Source of the DNA: Thermoplasmatota archaeon
GTDB taxonomy: Archaea; Thermoplasmatota; Penumbrarchaeia; Penumbrarchaeales; Penumbrarchaeaceae
Assembly: GCA_029762535.1 (NCBI GenBank)
Contig: JARVGK010000012.1
Span: forward strand, 1-64,000
DNA length: 64,000 nucleotides
Direction of reading: 5' to 3'
Shown: positions 8,524 to 18,742 of the stretch, in pieces
Layout: every line of letters starts with the position of its first letter
Numbering within the stretch: the stretch's first letter is position 1
The notes under the pieces: model-generated
Told to the model about the DNA's origin: nothing
What the model saw: only the letters and a program-made list of their open reading frames with translations
Database searches by the model: none
Made by a program: the position numbers and the translations under genes

Positions 8524-11500
8524 TTACCCTTCATTTCCCTCTCCGACCTCTATCGCCCCGTCCTGGTATATCACCATCCCCTTGGCATTATCTCCGGTGA
8601 TCCTGCTCACCGCTCGAACGTATCTTTGGACCTGTTCTTCGTGATGGGGCTGCCTGGAACCGGTCTTGAAATCGATGACGACCCATGATCCGTCCCTCAT
8701 CTTCAGCAGCCTGTCGATCCTCCCTCTCATCCGCTCACCCTCGACGGAAGATAGAAGGGAGATCTCATCGAAGGATCGGAGGGCCCCTTCCGGAACGAGG
8801 CTTTCCATGCTTTGGGCCGTGGGTCCTATACGAATTTCCTCCTCGGGATATCCCATCTCAAGGGCAGCCCTGTGCGGGTCCTTGCCGCTGAGCACCTCGT
8901 GCACCATGGTCCCGAACTGGTCCGGCGAGCATATGCCCCCGGCGTCAAGGTGCGTTCCATCGACCGTTGAGGGATCGGTCTCGCTGGGCCTGATGATCAC
9001 CTCGTCCCCCGACGTTTTGATCGGCAGGACCAGCTTTTCATTTACCGTTCCGGTCCGGGTCGTCCTGACGGTCTCGGTCGAATCGTCCTCGACGATCCGA
9101 TCATGCGCGATCAGCTCCAATTCCAGCCCGCTCCATTCCAGTTTCCCCTCCTTCATCGCGTTCCAGTCGATCGGAACGGATCCAGTGAGAAGGGCCATGA
9201 GCCCCTTCGGATTCATGTCGTTGTCTCCGGGGGCGGGGATCCGTCCCGAGAGGACGAGATGGTCCTTGGCCCTGGTGCAGGCGACGTACAGCAGCCTCTT
9301 TGCCTCCTCGCCCTCCAGTTCCTCCCTCGAGAGCGCGGCCTCGACGTGCGAAGGGGTCCTTACGGTCTCTCCTGTATCGGGATCGAAGACCTTTACGGTC
9401 AGACCCCGGTCCGGATCGACCCTGACGAAGGAGCGGTCGGAACCCTTCGGAAGATGATGCATGCCCATGAGGACAACCATTGGCCATTCCAGACCCTTGG
9501 CGGCATGTATGGTCATGAGCGAAACGGCGTTCTTTGACGAGAGCGGGGGTTCCCCCTCACCGGACTGGCCCTCCGCCATCTCCCTGAGCTCGTCCCTGAG
9601 ATCGAACAGGGTTCCTCTGGTCTGCGTGACGATCTCGATGAGCCTGTCAAGGTTCCTGCATCCCCTCCTCCCGTCCATCATGGCATACATCGCACCGTCG
9701 GATATGATCTTGCCAACGGCGACGTGGGCCGGGTATGTCCGGGCCAACTTTATGTATTCCAATAGCCTGTCACCATGAGGAGAATGGTCCGGAGAGGACC
9801 GCAGTTTTTGGAGAAGGGTAAGCCCGGGGAACGAGGACATCCTGAAGAGTTCCTCGTCATCAAGGGAGAACAGCGGACCTTTGAGGACAGATGCCAGGGC
9901 AACGTCGTTCACGGGACAGCAGAGGAACTCCAGAAGCTGTATGACGTCAGAGATCTCCTGCCTCTCGAAGAACCCCTTTCCCTTGTATACCACATAGGGC
10001 AGTCCCTCGCTCCTGAAGCCCCTTTCATAATGCTCGAGCCTGGTCCTGCCCCGGACCAGTATCGCTATGTCCTCGATCTCGATCGGCCTTTCATCGCCTT
10101 CATTTCCATCGAGGACCGGCCATCCCTCCCGGAGTGCCCTCTTCAGCAGCCGGGCGACCGCGACCCCCTCCCGGAACTCCTCCTCCTCCCTGCCGGCGAC
10201 CCCAATTATGTTCAACCTGGCCCCATCGCTCTTGACGGCATCGAGAGGCTCGAAGGGGACCCCCCATCTCGAGCCGCCCTCGCCCATGACGGACGGGAAC
10301 AGCGAGTTGGCGAACTCCATTATCTCCCTCCGTGACCTGAAGTTGCGGTCGAGGACCACGGAGTCGCCCTCGAGCATTTCCCGGGCCTCGGAGAATATCC
10401 GCACATCGGAGGACCTGAAACCGTAAATGGACTGTTTCGGATCTCCGACCAGGAACAGCCTGGCCGTGCCTCCCTCGCCTCTGATAAGTCTAACCAGTTC
10501 CCACTGTCTTGGATCCGTGTCCTGGAACTCGTCTACCATGATGTGGGAGTATTTACTCCTCAGAGCTTCGAGGGCCTTGATCCCCGGCCCCTTCAAGAGC
10601 CTCAAGGCCAAAGAGACCATGTCGTCGAAGTCCAGCGCCCTCTTCGCCCTCTTCGCCCTGGCGTATTCGTTCTCGAGCGACGCATAGACGGCCGCCAGGT
10701 CCGAGATCGTCCTTCTCGTCCTTCGATCGAGCCCGTCCTTCATGTAGGAAAGGAGGTCCTTATTATCGAAGGCGAAGTCCACGACGGTCCCCAAATGCGT
10801 CCTCATGACATCGATGGAGCCCTTCCAGACCTCCTTTTTTCCCAGGACCCTCGGCGACCTCTTCTGCCCTTTACCGGTCAGAAAGAGCCTATGCACCCTG
10901 GAGAAAGCGCGAACGATCGATCCCGGGTCCTCCTCTTGCGATACCATATCGATGACCCCGGATAGAACCTCCACAAGCCGTGTGGCATTGTCCTCTCCAG
11001 CCGGGCGCGGGAGGGATCCCAGCTCCCTGATGGCCCTGGAGAGCGTCGGGAGCCCATCCTCCGCCGTGCCCATCATGAGCCTCAAGGAAGCGTCGAGGAA
11101 GGAGAGGCTTCTATGTATCGCTTCTTCCGAGGATAGATCGATCCTTGAGGACCCCCTGCATGCGATCATACCGTGCATGGCCTCACGCAGCATCAGGACG
11201 CCGTGATCGACTATCAGCCTCCTGATGGACGCGGAGTGGTCCCCGCTCTTTCTCAGGAGTTCGTTGAAGGCCTCGTCGAACAGTTTTCTCGCCCCGGCCT
11301 CCGAGAGCACCTCGGGGTCGGGGTCCAGCCCGAGTGACAGCGGCTCGGACCTGACGATCCTGGAACAGAACGAGTGTATGGTGGATATGTCCGCGCTCAG
11401 AAGGTCGTCAAGCATCGGTTCGTACCTAGCAGGATCCGCTGCTGACATATCCCTCAAGGCCTTCCCGACCTTCGCTCTCATCTCAGCTGCGGCCTTGTCC

Positions 11501-11670
11501 GTGAAGGTCAGGGCGAGTATATTGCCTGGGCGGAGCTTCGGGTCGTCCCTGAGTATGGAGATGTACCTCTGGACGAGGACCCATGTCTTGCCGGACCCCG
11601 CACCGGCGGTTACGACCCGGTCCCTCTCGAGCACAAGAGCGTCCCTCTGCCGTGGTGTTGGGCCGTTCAT
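8524..11670 (-). CDS. addA: AddA-like UvrD/SF1A helicase with C-terminal PD-(D/E)XK nuclease
   Basis: TPRQ Q-motif, AGAGSGKT, DEFQDT, VGDPKQSIYGFR, NFRS, TIHAAKGLEW, RLLYVACTRA; nuclease motif GRIDRL...IDFKTG; coupled to the addB-like gene. Confidence 0.88.
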   Translation of the reverse strand: MNGPTPRQRDALVLERDRVVTAGAGSGKTWVLVQRYISILRDDPKLRPGNILALTFTDKAAAEMRAKVGKALRDMSAADPARYEPMLDDLLSADISTIHSFCSRIVRSEPLSLGLDPDPEVLSEAGARKLFDEAFNELLRKSGDHSASIRRLIVDHGVLMLREAMHGMIACRGSSRIDLSSEEAIHRSLSFLDASLRLMMGTAEDGLPTLSRAIRELGSLPRPAGEDNATRLVEVLSGVIDMVSQEEDPGSIVRAFSRVHRLFLTGKGQKRSPRVLGKKEVWKGSIDVMRTHLGTVVDFAFDNKDLLSYMKDGLDRRTRRTISDLAAVYASLENEYARAKRAKRALDFDDMVSLALRLLKGPGIKALEALRSKYSHIMVDEFQDTDPRQWELVRLIRGEGGTARLFLVGDPKQSIYGFRSSDVRIFSEAREMLEGDSVVLDRNFRSRREIMEFANSLFPSVMGEGGSRWGVPFEPLDAVKSDGARLNIIGVAGREEEEFREGVAVARLLKRALREGWPVLDGNEGDERPIEIEDIAILVRGRTRLEHYERGFRSEGLPYVVYKGKGFFERQEISDVIQLLEFLCCPVNDVALASVLKGPLFSLDDEELFRMSSFPGLTLLQKLRSSPDHSPHGDRLLEYIKLARTYPAHVAVGKIISDGAMYAMMDGRRGCRNLDRLIEIVTQTRGTLFDLRDELREMAEGQSGEGEPPLSSKNAVSLMTIHAAKGLEWPMVVLMGMHHLPKGSDRSFVRVDPDRGLTVKVFDPDTGETVRTPSHVEAALSREELEGEEAKRLLYVACTRAKDHLVLSGRIPAPGDNDMNPKGLMALLTGSVPIDWNAMKEGKLEWSGLELELIAHDRIVEDDSTETVRTTRTGTVNEKLVLPIKTSGDEVIIRPSETDPSTVDGTHLDAGGICSPDQFGTMVHEVLSGKDPHRAALEMGYPEEEIRIGPTAQSMESLVPEGALRSFDEISLLSSVEGERMRGRIDRLLKMRDGSWVVIDFKTGSRQPHHEEQVQRYVRAVSRITGDNAKGMVIYQDGAIEVGEGNEG

Positions 11671-14645
11671 TCCTCATCCCTCCTGCATACGTCCTTGAAC
11701 TGGCAGTAAGTTCTATTGGGGCATCTGTCCGGGGTGTCGAAGGCCCCGCTCCTCACCGAACGTGCTATGTCCAGGGCGGTATCCAGGGCCCTTTCCATGG
11801 CTGAAATGGAACCGGAGGCATCGTATTCCAGACCTTTGCCGGAGCCTCCCATGACGTATTCCCTCTCGACCCCCCCTCTTTTTCCGACCCAGTAATATCC
11901 CCCTCCCGCGGCCGACCATCCTTCGTGCAGGCTCCGTATCGCTGCGGAGTACAGGGGCACCTGAACGGACCTCTTCCCATCGAAACTCGACCTGCTCCCC
12001 GTCTTGTAATCCCATATTCTGAAAGCATTCGCTCCTTCGATGTTCGCCGAATCGACCCTGTCTATGAAACCACCGAATAGGATCCCCCCCCCATCCTTCG
12101 AGAGGGTCAGGGGCTCGGACCTGCCGAAGGATAGCTCCGTGTACCTGACAGAGAAGGGGCCGGTCTGCGCGCATTCCTTTTCCAGGTACTCCCGCAGCAG
12201 GCCCTTTTCCCCTTCTGCTCCCACCAGGAGGTCCGAGAGAGCATCCCAGAATGGGCCGTTGTAGGGATAGGAGGAGATCACCTCCCTGGCCGAGGCGAGC
12301 ATAAGGGGCCAAGCCTCCTCTATCTTTTCCGGGCCCAGTGATGCTTCCCCCTTCTCGTTCCATCTCCTGTGGAAACCTTCCAGGATGGAATGGATTATCG
12401 TCCCTTTCCGATCCGGAGGCACGTCCGGGTCCAGCTTCTCCACCGGGGATATTCCCAGCACGTAGCGGACGAAGAAGTCGTAGGGACATTTCCGGTAGCT
12501 CTCCAGCTGGGATGCGGACCATATATGGTCGGGGCCGAACCTCCGCTCGAGCACTTCGAGGAGCGATGTGTCGATCAAGGGACCTTTTCCCCTGCAGTTG
12601 ACCCCGTCGAGGAGGGCCGCCCTCTTGCGGTACCTTCCCAGGACCTCCTCTCCACCATCGATGATTTCGAGGGAAGTGGAAGGGTCTATGGGCGCGGGCC
12701 CGGACCCGCTGAGGTCCGATGCGTCCTCTCTGTAAGATGATATGCGCCTCAGGAGCTCGGTCCTCCCAACGGGTTGCTCTCCGAGATCGTATGGTCTCGT
12801 CTCCAATGCTTCGAGGAAAGGGCTGAGCTGAACGGGGGATCCCCCTTCGGTCATGTGATGCGATATGAAGACCCTGTCGCATGTGGTCATGCAGATGGCG
12901 AGGTCCTCCAGCTCCTCCCTCCTCTCCGGATGTTCCCTGAGGCCCAGTGCCGACCTTTCTGCGCTGTCCATGGGTCTGAAGTCCGTCGGCCTCATCGGGA
13001 CCTCTCCTTCGACCGGGGACTGGACCACCAGTACTCGAGCCCTCCTTGAGGTCTGCTGTTTTATCTTCCCCACCCACACGCCGGAGGTTTCCCTGCCCAC
13101 CTTCCTGCCCTGGACCCTGCGGCGAAGCCTCTCGACGATCTCCTCCATCCCCAATGAAGCATTGTGACCTGGCTCGATCGAGGGCAGCTCGGATATGGCC
13201 CTGTCAAGCATGGACAGAGCCCTATGTCCTATATCCTCCTGGTCCCCGGCGGTGGGCCGACAGACCCTGAGTTCGGAGAGGATCCGCCGGATATCCCTGG
13301 CCCTCTCTCTGTGGTCGATGCCGTTGACGTTGAGGCCTTCCAATCTCTTCAGGAGCCACTCCAGGGCCGGTATCGCTTTACCGCAGAGGTCCTTGTACCT
13401 CCCGTCAGGCCGCGACAGATGGTCCTCAAGGGGCTCGATCCAATCCTTTTCAATATCCCTGCCTCCGAAGACCATCGCCTCCCTGAAGAGCAGGTCCATC
13501 TCCTCTCCCGATACCTTATTTTCGTCCTCGGTTCCGATCTGTACGTTCATGAGGGTCAGCGCACGGGTCAATTCCTCCGACCTCATACCTTCACGGTGAG
13601 GTGAGATCAGCTCGAGGAACCCTGACACGGCTGGGACCTCGATCAGTTTAATGAAGGGATCGGAATCGAAAGGGATGCCGTATTCGTCGAATATGATTGG
13701 GATGAACCTCTCGTATAGGTCGCCTCCCGGGGTGACCATGGATATGTCCTTGGGATCGAGTTCTTCCTCGACGATAAGCTTCTTGATGAGCTTGCAGGCG
13801 CACCTGAGCGATGATATGCGGTCCTCGCCCTGGATGGAGTGTATGGTGCCATCATAGGATATACTGTCTCTGAACGCGGTCCCTGCTATGGGGACCCCCA
13901 CCGCGCCGCAGGAGGATTGCGGAACGTGAATTCCGTCCAGATACGAGGGGCATGATCTCAGAGGATGTTCCAAGCACACAGCGTTCGAGCAGTTCCTCAG
14001 TACGCATCGCATCATATCCGAGTAGGAGGGGTCCATATTGCCCAGCATGTACGTCTTGAAACGCAGGTTCGCCGTTATCGACGGATCGTCCACTATCATC
14101 CTCACAACGGCATCGGGCACCATCTCCTCATCTATCATACCTTCCCTTTCAAGGATATCCAGGTATTCCCGATATATCGAGCATAGCTCCGAGGACCGAC
14201 CCGTAGAGGCGATACTGTCCAGATCCGCAGGCGACGTTCGGTTCATCAACAGTTCCTTCAACGCCTTGGACACGTATCCGGCGACCCCCTTGATCCCGCC
14301 TCCTTCAGGGCGCAGATGTACTATTCGCATACCCTCCATGATCCTAATGACCATGGCCTCCCTGAGATCGTCGTCCTTCACCGCCCTTTCGCCGCCGTGA
14401 AGGTCGTATAGATGGATGGCTAGCTTCCCGACGGTCAAGAGCCTGCCGGTGAAGGCCTCTCCAAGATCTCTTGAGATCTCCTTGACCATCCTCTCGGATT
14501 GCAAGATAAGATACGTACTTCCGCCGGGAGAGCGCAGGTCCTCTCCCAGGTCCTTGGCCATCGCCATCGCTCCGTCGGAAGGATGGGCGTATCCGACGGA
14601 TATCCCGGCGTCCGCTTTTATTGGAGTATCGGTTCCTGAGTGCAA
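11667..14645 (-). CDS. addB: AddB-like inactive helicase with PD-(D/E)XK nuclease and probable 4Fe-4S staple
   Basis: SASQLESYRKCPYDFF, GFIDRVD...DYKTG, QVPLY and terminal C..C..C give four Cys; no Walker A; 4-nt overlap with addA. Confidence 0.82.
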   Translation of the reverse strand: MHSGTDTPIKADAGISVGYAHPSDGAMAMAKDLGEDLRSPGGSTYLILQSERMVKEISRDLGEAFTGRLLTVGKLAIHLYDLHGGERAVKDDDLREAMVIRIMEGMRIVHLRPEGGGIKGVAGYVSKALKELLMNRTSPADLDSIASTGRSSELCSIYREYLDILEREGMIDEEMVPDAVVRMIVDDPSITANLRFKTYMLGNMDPSYSDMMRCVLRNCSNAVCLEHPLRSCPSYLDGIHVPQSSCGAVGVPIAGTAFRDSISYDGTIHSIQGEDRISSLRCACKLIKKLIVEEELDPKDISMVTPGGDLYERFIPIIFDEYGIPFDSDPFIKLIEVPAVSGFLELISPHREGMRSEELTRALTLMNVQIGTEDENKVSGEEMDLLFREAMVFGGRDIEKDWIEPLEDHLSRPDGRYKDLCGKAIPALEWLLKRLEGLNVNGIDHRERARDIRRILSELRVCRPTAGDQEDIGHRALSMLDRAISELPSIEPGHNASLGMEEIVERLRRRVQGRKVGRETSGVWVGKIKQQTSRRARVLVVQSPVEGEVPMRPTDFRPMDSAERSALGLREHPERREELEDLAICMTTCDRVFISHHMTEGGSPVQLSPFLEALETRPYDLGEQPVGRTELLRRISSYREDASDLSGSGPAPIDPSTSLEIIDGGEEVLGRYRKRAALLDGVNCRGKGPLIDTSLLEVLERRFGPDHIWSASQLESYRKCPYDFFVRYVLGISPVEKLDPDVPPDRKGTIIHSILEGFHRRWNEKGEASLGPEKIEEAWPLMLASAREVISSYPYNGPFWDALSDLLVGAEGEKGLLREYLEKECAQTGPFSVRYTELSFGRSEPLTLSKDGGGILFGGFIDRVDSANIEGANAFRIWDYKTGSRSSFDGKRSVQVPLYSAAIRSLHEGWSAAGGGYYWVGKRGGVEREYVMGGSGKGLEYDASGSISAMERALDTALDIARSVRSGAFDTPDRCPNRTYCQFKDVCRRDEE

Positions 14646-14714
14646 AGATGGATCTCCTCCAGCGGGAGATGCTGATGTGATGTTATTAATCTTCGCGGGC
14701 AGGGGTCGGTGAAA

Positions 14715-15161
14715 TTAAAAGTTGTCCACCAGAGACATTATGTCCTGGGGTATGATCAGGACAGGGACATCGCACTGCATCATCAGCTCGGAGACGACCC
14801 AGGGTGCGATGACCCCGCCGGAGGAGGCGCCTATGAGTATCATGTCGAAATCGTTGTCCCTGGCGAAGGTTAGCAGCGTTGGGACCAGATCGCCGCTGAC
14901 ATAATGCGAGCTGACGTCGACTCCCATCTCCTTTCCCTTTTCCTGGAAGTACCTTAGGGCCTCCCACGCCTCGGATTCCTTGCTGGTCGCGAGTATGAAG
15001 TTCGGGTCCCTGATGTGAAGGACATGAATGTCAGCCTCCAGCCTGGAGGCCACCTCCAGGATGTATTCGGACCTCTCCTTCGCCGCCAGGTAGCCGGACG
15101 TGGGGACCAGTATCTTCTTGCCCGTCTGCTTCATGTCGACTTGCAAGGCTTCTATCTCCAT
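14715..15161 (-). CDS. Universal stress protein (UspA family)
   Basis: KILVPTSG...VLHI...GD...DMILIGA...DVPVLII pattern, 148 aa. Confidence 0.88.
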   Translation of the reverse strand: MEIEALQVDMKQTGKKILVPTSGYLAAKERSEYILEVASRLEADIHVLHIRDPNFILATSKESEAWEALRYFQEKGKEMGVDVSSHYVSGDLVPTLLTFARDNDFDMILIGASSGGVIAPWVVSELMMQCDVPVLIIPQDIMSLVDNF

Positions 15162-15173
15162 AAACGTTTCGAG

Positions 15174-16109
15174 TCATGTCCTCTCGTGCCTCGAGCCGAC
15201 CCTCAGCTCCCCAAGGGTCGAGACCCTCTCCGCAAGGGCATCGTGCTTGTGTATGGACTCCTCGGAGACCGAGCGGACCCTTATAACGACATCGTCATCG
15301 AGCTCGGGATGGGATCCCAATAGGTCATCGATGATGTCCCTGACTATGTCCTCGACGAACTTGGGCCTCCTGTGGGCTTCGAGGACGACCCTTGCCTCAC
15401 CCATTCTCTTCAGGATCTCGTAGGTGGGGGAAGAGAGGTTCCTCTCGACGATGTCGATGAGCTCGTCGGCGTCCATCATGACCCCGTCCGTGGAGGACAG
15501 GAAAAGCTCCACCCGGTTCTTCTGATTGTGGGTGGGGACCGGGATCAGATCGAGAACCTTTATCTGTTCAGGGGTCGCCCCTCCCTCCGAGAGCTCCTCG
15601 GACAGGAGCTTCCTGACGGTCTCCATCGCGCAGGGGCATGCGCTCATGCCCGACACCTCGACCCCGATCGTTCTCAGTGGCCTCGCATCGCCCCGCCTGA
15701 CCGAAGCGTTGGCGGCGATGACGTAGTTCTCGAGGACGGCCTTGCCGTCTGGCGAGGTCCTCTCCCTGAAGTAATCGGCCCTGAGCCCTATCTCGGCATA
15801 TGTGGCATATTCGTGCGACTCGAGAAGGGATAGGGCTATCCTCTCAACGAACGCCTCCAGGGAATCGTTCTCCATGTCGAGGGCGGAATCGACGGCCCTG
15901 TGTATGACCTCTACGTGCCTGGACATGTGCGATCCCCGCTGCTGGGCCGGGAGGTTGACCATCACGTCTATCGAGGGGACGAGGCTCACGTCCTTTCCCG
16001 GGCGGTGAATGGTGACCGGACGTTTGATCCCCTTTACGCCCACCCTGCTTAGGTTGTAGCTCGAGAACAGTTCCCTTCCCTGCACGTCCGGCAGATCCAT
16101 CTCATGCAC
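15174..16109 (-). CDS. mptA: GTP cyclohydrolase MptA/FolE2 family
   Basis: LPDVQ, RVGV, RGSHMSR, SACPCA, THNQ, PKFVED, ESIHKHDA. Confidence 0.9.
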   Translation of the reverse strand: MHEMDLPDVQGRELFSSYNLSRVGVKGIKRPVTIHRPGKDVSLVPSIDVMVNLPAQQRGSHMSRHVEVIHRAVDSALDMENDSLEAFVERIALSLLESHEYATYAEIGLRADYFRERTSPDGKAVLENYVIAANASVRRGDARPLRTIGVEVSGMSACPCAMETVRKLLSEELSEGGATPEQIKVLDLIPVPTHNQKNRVELFLSSTDGVMMDADELIDIVERNLSSPTYEILKRMGEARVVLEAHRRPKFVEDIVRDIIDDLLGSHPELDDDVVIRVRSVSEESIHKHDALAERVSTLGELRVGSRHERT

Positions 16110-16971
16110 CGCCCGTCAGTTCCTTAACTGCCCGCGCAACCGGTGCGGTGGCCGAGAAAGCGGTGGTCTGGTTCTCGATCGTGTCAGAGGAGAAAAGGCC
16201 GTCGAGGATGTGTTCCAACCTCTCCCGTCCCCCTCCGGTGAACAGGCCGTGGACGCAGCATGCGAAGACCTTCCTGGCCCCCTGCTCCCTAAGAGCCTCA
16301 GAGGCCCTGGCGATGGTCGAGCCCGTGGCGATAATATCGTCCACTATGCACACGTCCTTTCCGTCGACGTCCAGTTCCTTTCTCGCCATCGTGACGGTGG
16401 AGCCGTCTATCCTGGTCTTTTCCAGGTGGTCGAAGGGGCACCCGGCCGTTCTCGCCGCCTCGGCCGCATAGGTTATGGCCCCCTTGTCCGGTGAGAGTAC
16501 CAGGTCCAACCTGCCCTTCATCATTCCCCCCAGTTCGCTCATCACGGAGACGTTCCTTTTTCCGACCGCTGTTCCGAACTCCTCCAGGGTAGCCTGTTTG
16601 TGCAGATTGACGCAAATAACGTCGCTCAGAGAGAGGGATAGATGCCTGGCCATGGTCCGTGCCGCGAAGGATTCTCCTTCCTTGAAGACCCTGTCCTGCC
16701 TGGCGTATCCGAAGTATGGAATGACCCCGATGACCCGCGACGCGCCGTTGTCACGTGTCATGGATGACAGCATAAGCATCTCCAAAGCGTTATCGTCGGG
16801 GTAGGTGGATTGGACGATTAGAACGGTCTCGCCGGTGATATCCTCGAGCAGCCTGGCATACAGCTCTCCATCGGGGAATCGCCTGATGTCAGCATTCAGA
16901 ATTCCGGCATCCAGCTCCTTGGAGAGGGATGTGCACAGGGATGGATTGGAGCTGCCGCAGAGGATTCGCAT
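16102..16971 (-). CDS. prs: Ribose-phosphate pyrophosphokinase
   Basis: RFPDGE, PYFGYARQDR, SPDKGA, IVDDIIATGST, HGLF. Confidence 0.95.
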   Translation of the reverse strand: MRILCGSSNPSLCTSLSKELDAGILNADIRRFPDGELYARLLEDITGETVLIVQSTYPDDNALEMLMLSSMTRDNGASRVIGVIPYFGYARQDRVFKEGESFAARTMARHLSLSLSDVICVNLHKQATLEEFGTAVGKRNVSVMSELGGMMKGRLDLVLSPDKGAITYAAEAARTAGCPFDHLEKTRIDGSTVTMARKELDVDGKDVCIVDDIIATGSTIARASEALREQGARKVFACCVHGLFTGGGRERLEHILDGLFSSDTIENQTTAFSATAPVARAVKELTGGA

Positions 16972-17010
16972 GGATATTTGCCCTCCTTAGATAACATATC
17001 ATCTTCCGAT

Positions 17011-18210
17011 TCAGAGGATCTCCTCGATCCTCATGAGCTCGTTGAGCTTCGCGATCCGCTCGCCCGAGACGGCCCCCGTCTTGATGCATATGGAACCGAA
17101 GGCCACGCCCATATGCGCGATCGCCGAGTCGGTCGTCTCCCCCGATCGATGCGAGATGACGGTCTGATAGCCGGCGTCCCTTGCGAGCCTGACAGCTTCC
17201 ATGGTATCAGTGAGGGTACCTATCTGGTTCGGTTTGATGAGGATGGCGTTGCAGGACCCCTCCTCGATCCCCCTCTCCAGCCTCTCGACGTTGGTCACGA
17301 AGATATCGTCCCCGATGACCAGGCATCGATCGCCGATATTTTCGGTCAGGATCGAATAGCCCTCGTAATCCTCCTCCCAGAGCGGGTCCTCGACCGAGAA
17401 CAGCTCGTATTTGTCGACAAGCTCGCCCACGAAGGCGATCTGCCCGTCACGGTCGAGCTTCCTGTCGGCATAGACGTACCTGTCCTTCTTGTAAAAGGAG
17501 GATGAGGCCAGGTCCAGTCCCGGCTGCACCGGGAAACCGACCTCGTCGGACACCTCCTGGCATGCCGCAAATAGGACCTCGAGCGCCTCTTCATTGGCGA
17601 TGGAAGCCACCCAGGCGCCCTCATCGCCTTTGCCGAGGGCGCGGTCGGGGTATCTCTTCTTGAGCATCTCGGCCACCTTGGCGTGAACGGCCGCGCCCGC
17701 GAAGGCCGATCCTCTGAAGGTCTCGCCCTGGGATATGGCGAGGAACTCCTGTATGTCCGTGCCTCCAATGGCGTGCTTGCCCCCGCCGATGACGTTGCCC
17801 ATGGGGTAGGGCAGATCGCAGGCCATCATGCCTCCGAGATATCTGAAATACGGTATCTCCAGCGATTCCGCCGCCGCCCTCGATGATGCGATGGACAGGG
17901 CCACTGCGAGGTTGCCCCCGATCCTGGACAGGTCATCCGTCCCGTCCACGTCGCGTATGATATCGTCGATCCCCTCCTGATCGAACACGTCGAGCCCCAT
18001 GACCTTGGGCGCGAGCTCGTTCTCGAACAGCTCCATGGCCGCATCCAGCCCGGCCTTGGGTACCGCCACGGCCTCATGCTCGCCGGTGGATGCCCCGCTC
18101 GGGGCCGCGAACATGCCTCCCGCCTCCATTGTCCATACCTCGACCTCCACGGTGGGCTTCCCCCTGCTGTCCAGTATCTTCCTTATGACTATGTCCTCTA
18201 TCTCCGACAT
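17011..18210 (-). CDS. eno: Enolase
   Basis: DSRGKPTVE, PSGASTG, GDEG, EDP, GDD, LIKPNQIGT, SHRSGET; likely start MSEIED at 18210. Confidence 0.97.
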   Translation of the reverse strand: MSEIEDIVIRKILDSRGKPTVEVEVWTMEAGGMFAAPSGASTGEHEAVAVPKAGLDAAMELFENELAPKVMGLDVFDQEGIDDIIRDVDGTDDLSRIGGNLAVALSIASSRAAAESLEIPYFRYLGGMMACDLPYPMGNVIGGGKHAIGGTDIQEFLAISQGETFRGSAFAGAAVHAKVAEMLKKRYPDRALGKGDEGAWVASIANEEALEVLFAACQEVSDEVGFPVQPGLDLASSSFYKKDRYVYADRKLDRDGQIAFVGELVDKYELFSVEDPLWEEDYEGYSILTENIGDRCLVIGDDIFVTNVERLERGIEEGSCNAILIKPNQIGTLTDTMEAVRLARDAGYQTVISHRSGETTDSAIAHMGVAFGSICIKTGAVSGERIAKLNELMRIEEIL

Positions 18211-18311
18211 GGCAACGCCTCGATGGGACCATGACACCCCTGCGTAAAAGGTTTTTGGATGGGTCGATACCCGCCATCATCTATTTCTCCCGAGAATTCC
18301 TTCTCCCCCTC

Positions 18312-18653
18312 ATGCCATCGGACGGGACGAGAACGATCGATCGGTTCAAGGACAGGATAGCCGCTTTCATAGACGAGAGGGACTGGGGAAGGTTCCACAG
18401 GCCCAAGGATGTGGCCGCGGCCCTATCGATCGAGGCCTCGGAACTGCAGGAGCTCTACCTGTGGGACAGGACCCCATCCAGGGAGGACCTGGAGGACGAG
18501 ATCGCGGACGTTCTCTTCTTCCTTATAGACCTTGCAGCAAGGGAAGGGATCGACATCTCCGACGCTTTCGACAGGAAGATGGAGAAGAACGAGGAAAGGT
18601 ACCCGGCCGGGAAGGTCAGGGGAAGCGATAAGAAGTACGACAGTTATGAATGA
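18312..18653 (+). CDS. MazG-like nucleotide pyrophosphohydrolase (dCTPase-type)
   Basis: ERDWGRFHRPKD...EASEL...DEIADV...KMEKNEERYP; likely start at 18312. Confidence 0.88.
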   Translation: MPSDGTRTIDRFKDRIAAFIDERDWGRFHRPKDVAAALSIEASELQELYLWDRTPSREDLEDEIADVLFFLIDLAAREGIDISDAFDRKMEKNEERYPAGKVRGSDKKYDSYE

Positions 18654-18742
18654 GCCCTCGTAGACATCCTCAAGGCAAATTTTATAGAGGCAGGAGTCCG
18701 CTTAAGGATGCCCGTGCGGGGCGATCAGGGGAGAACGCGGTC

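Noticed and set aside
11713-13077. Long alternative-frame and antisense ORFs (also 20165..21616, 2695..3663, 36446..37555, 23639..24496)
   Set aside because: They overlap well-supported genes, have low-complexity R/G/P-rich or motif-less translations, and are expected shadows in GC-rich DNA.
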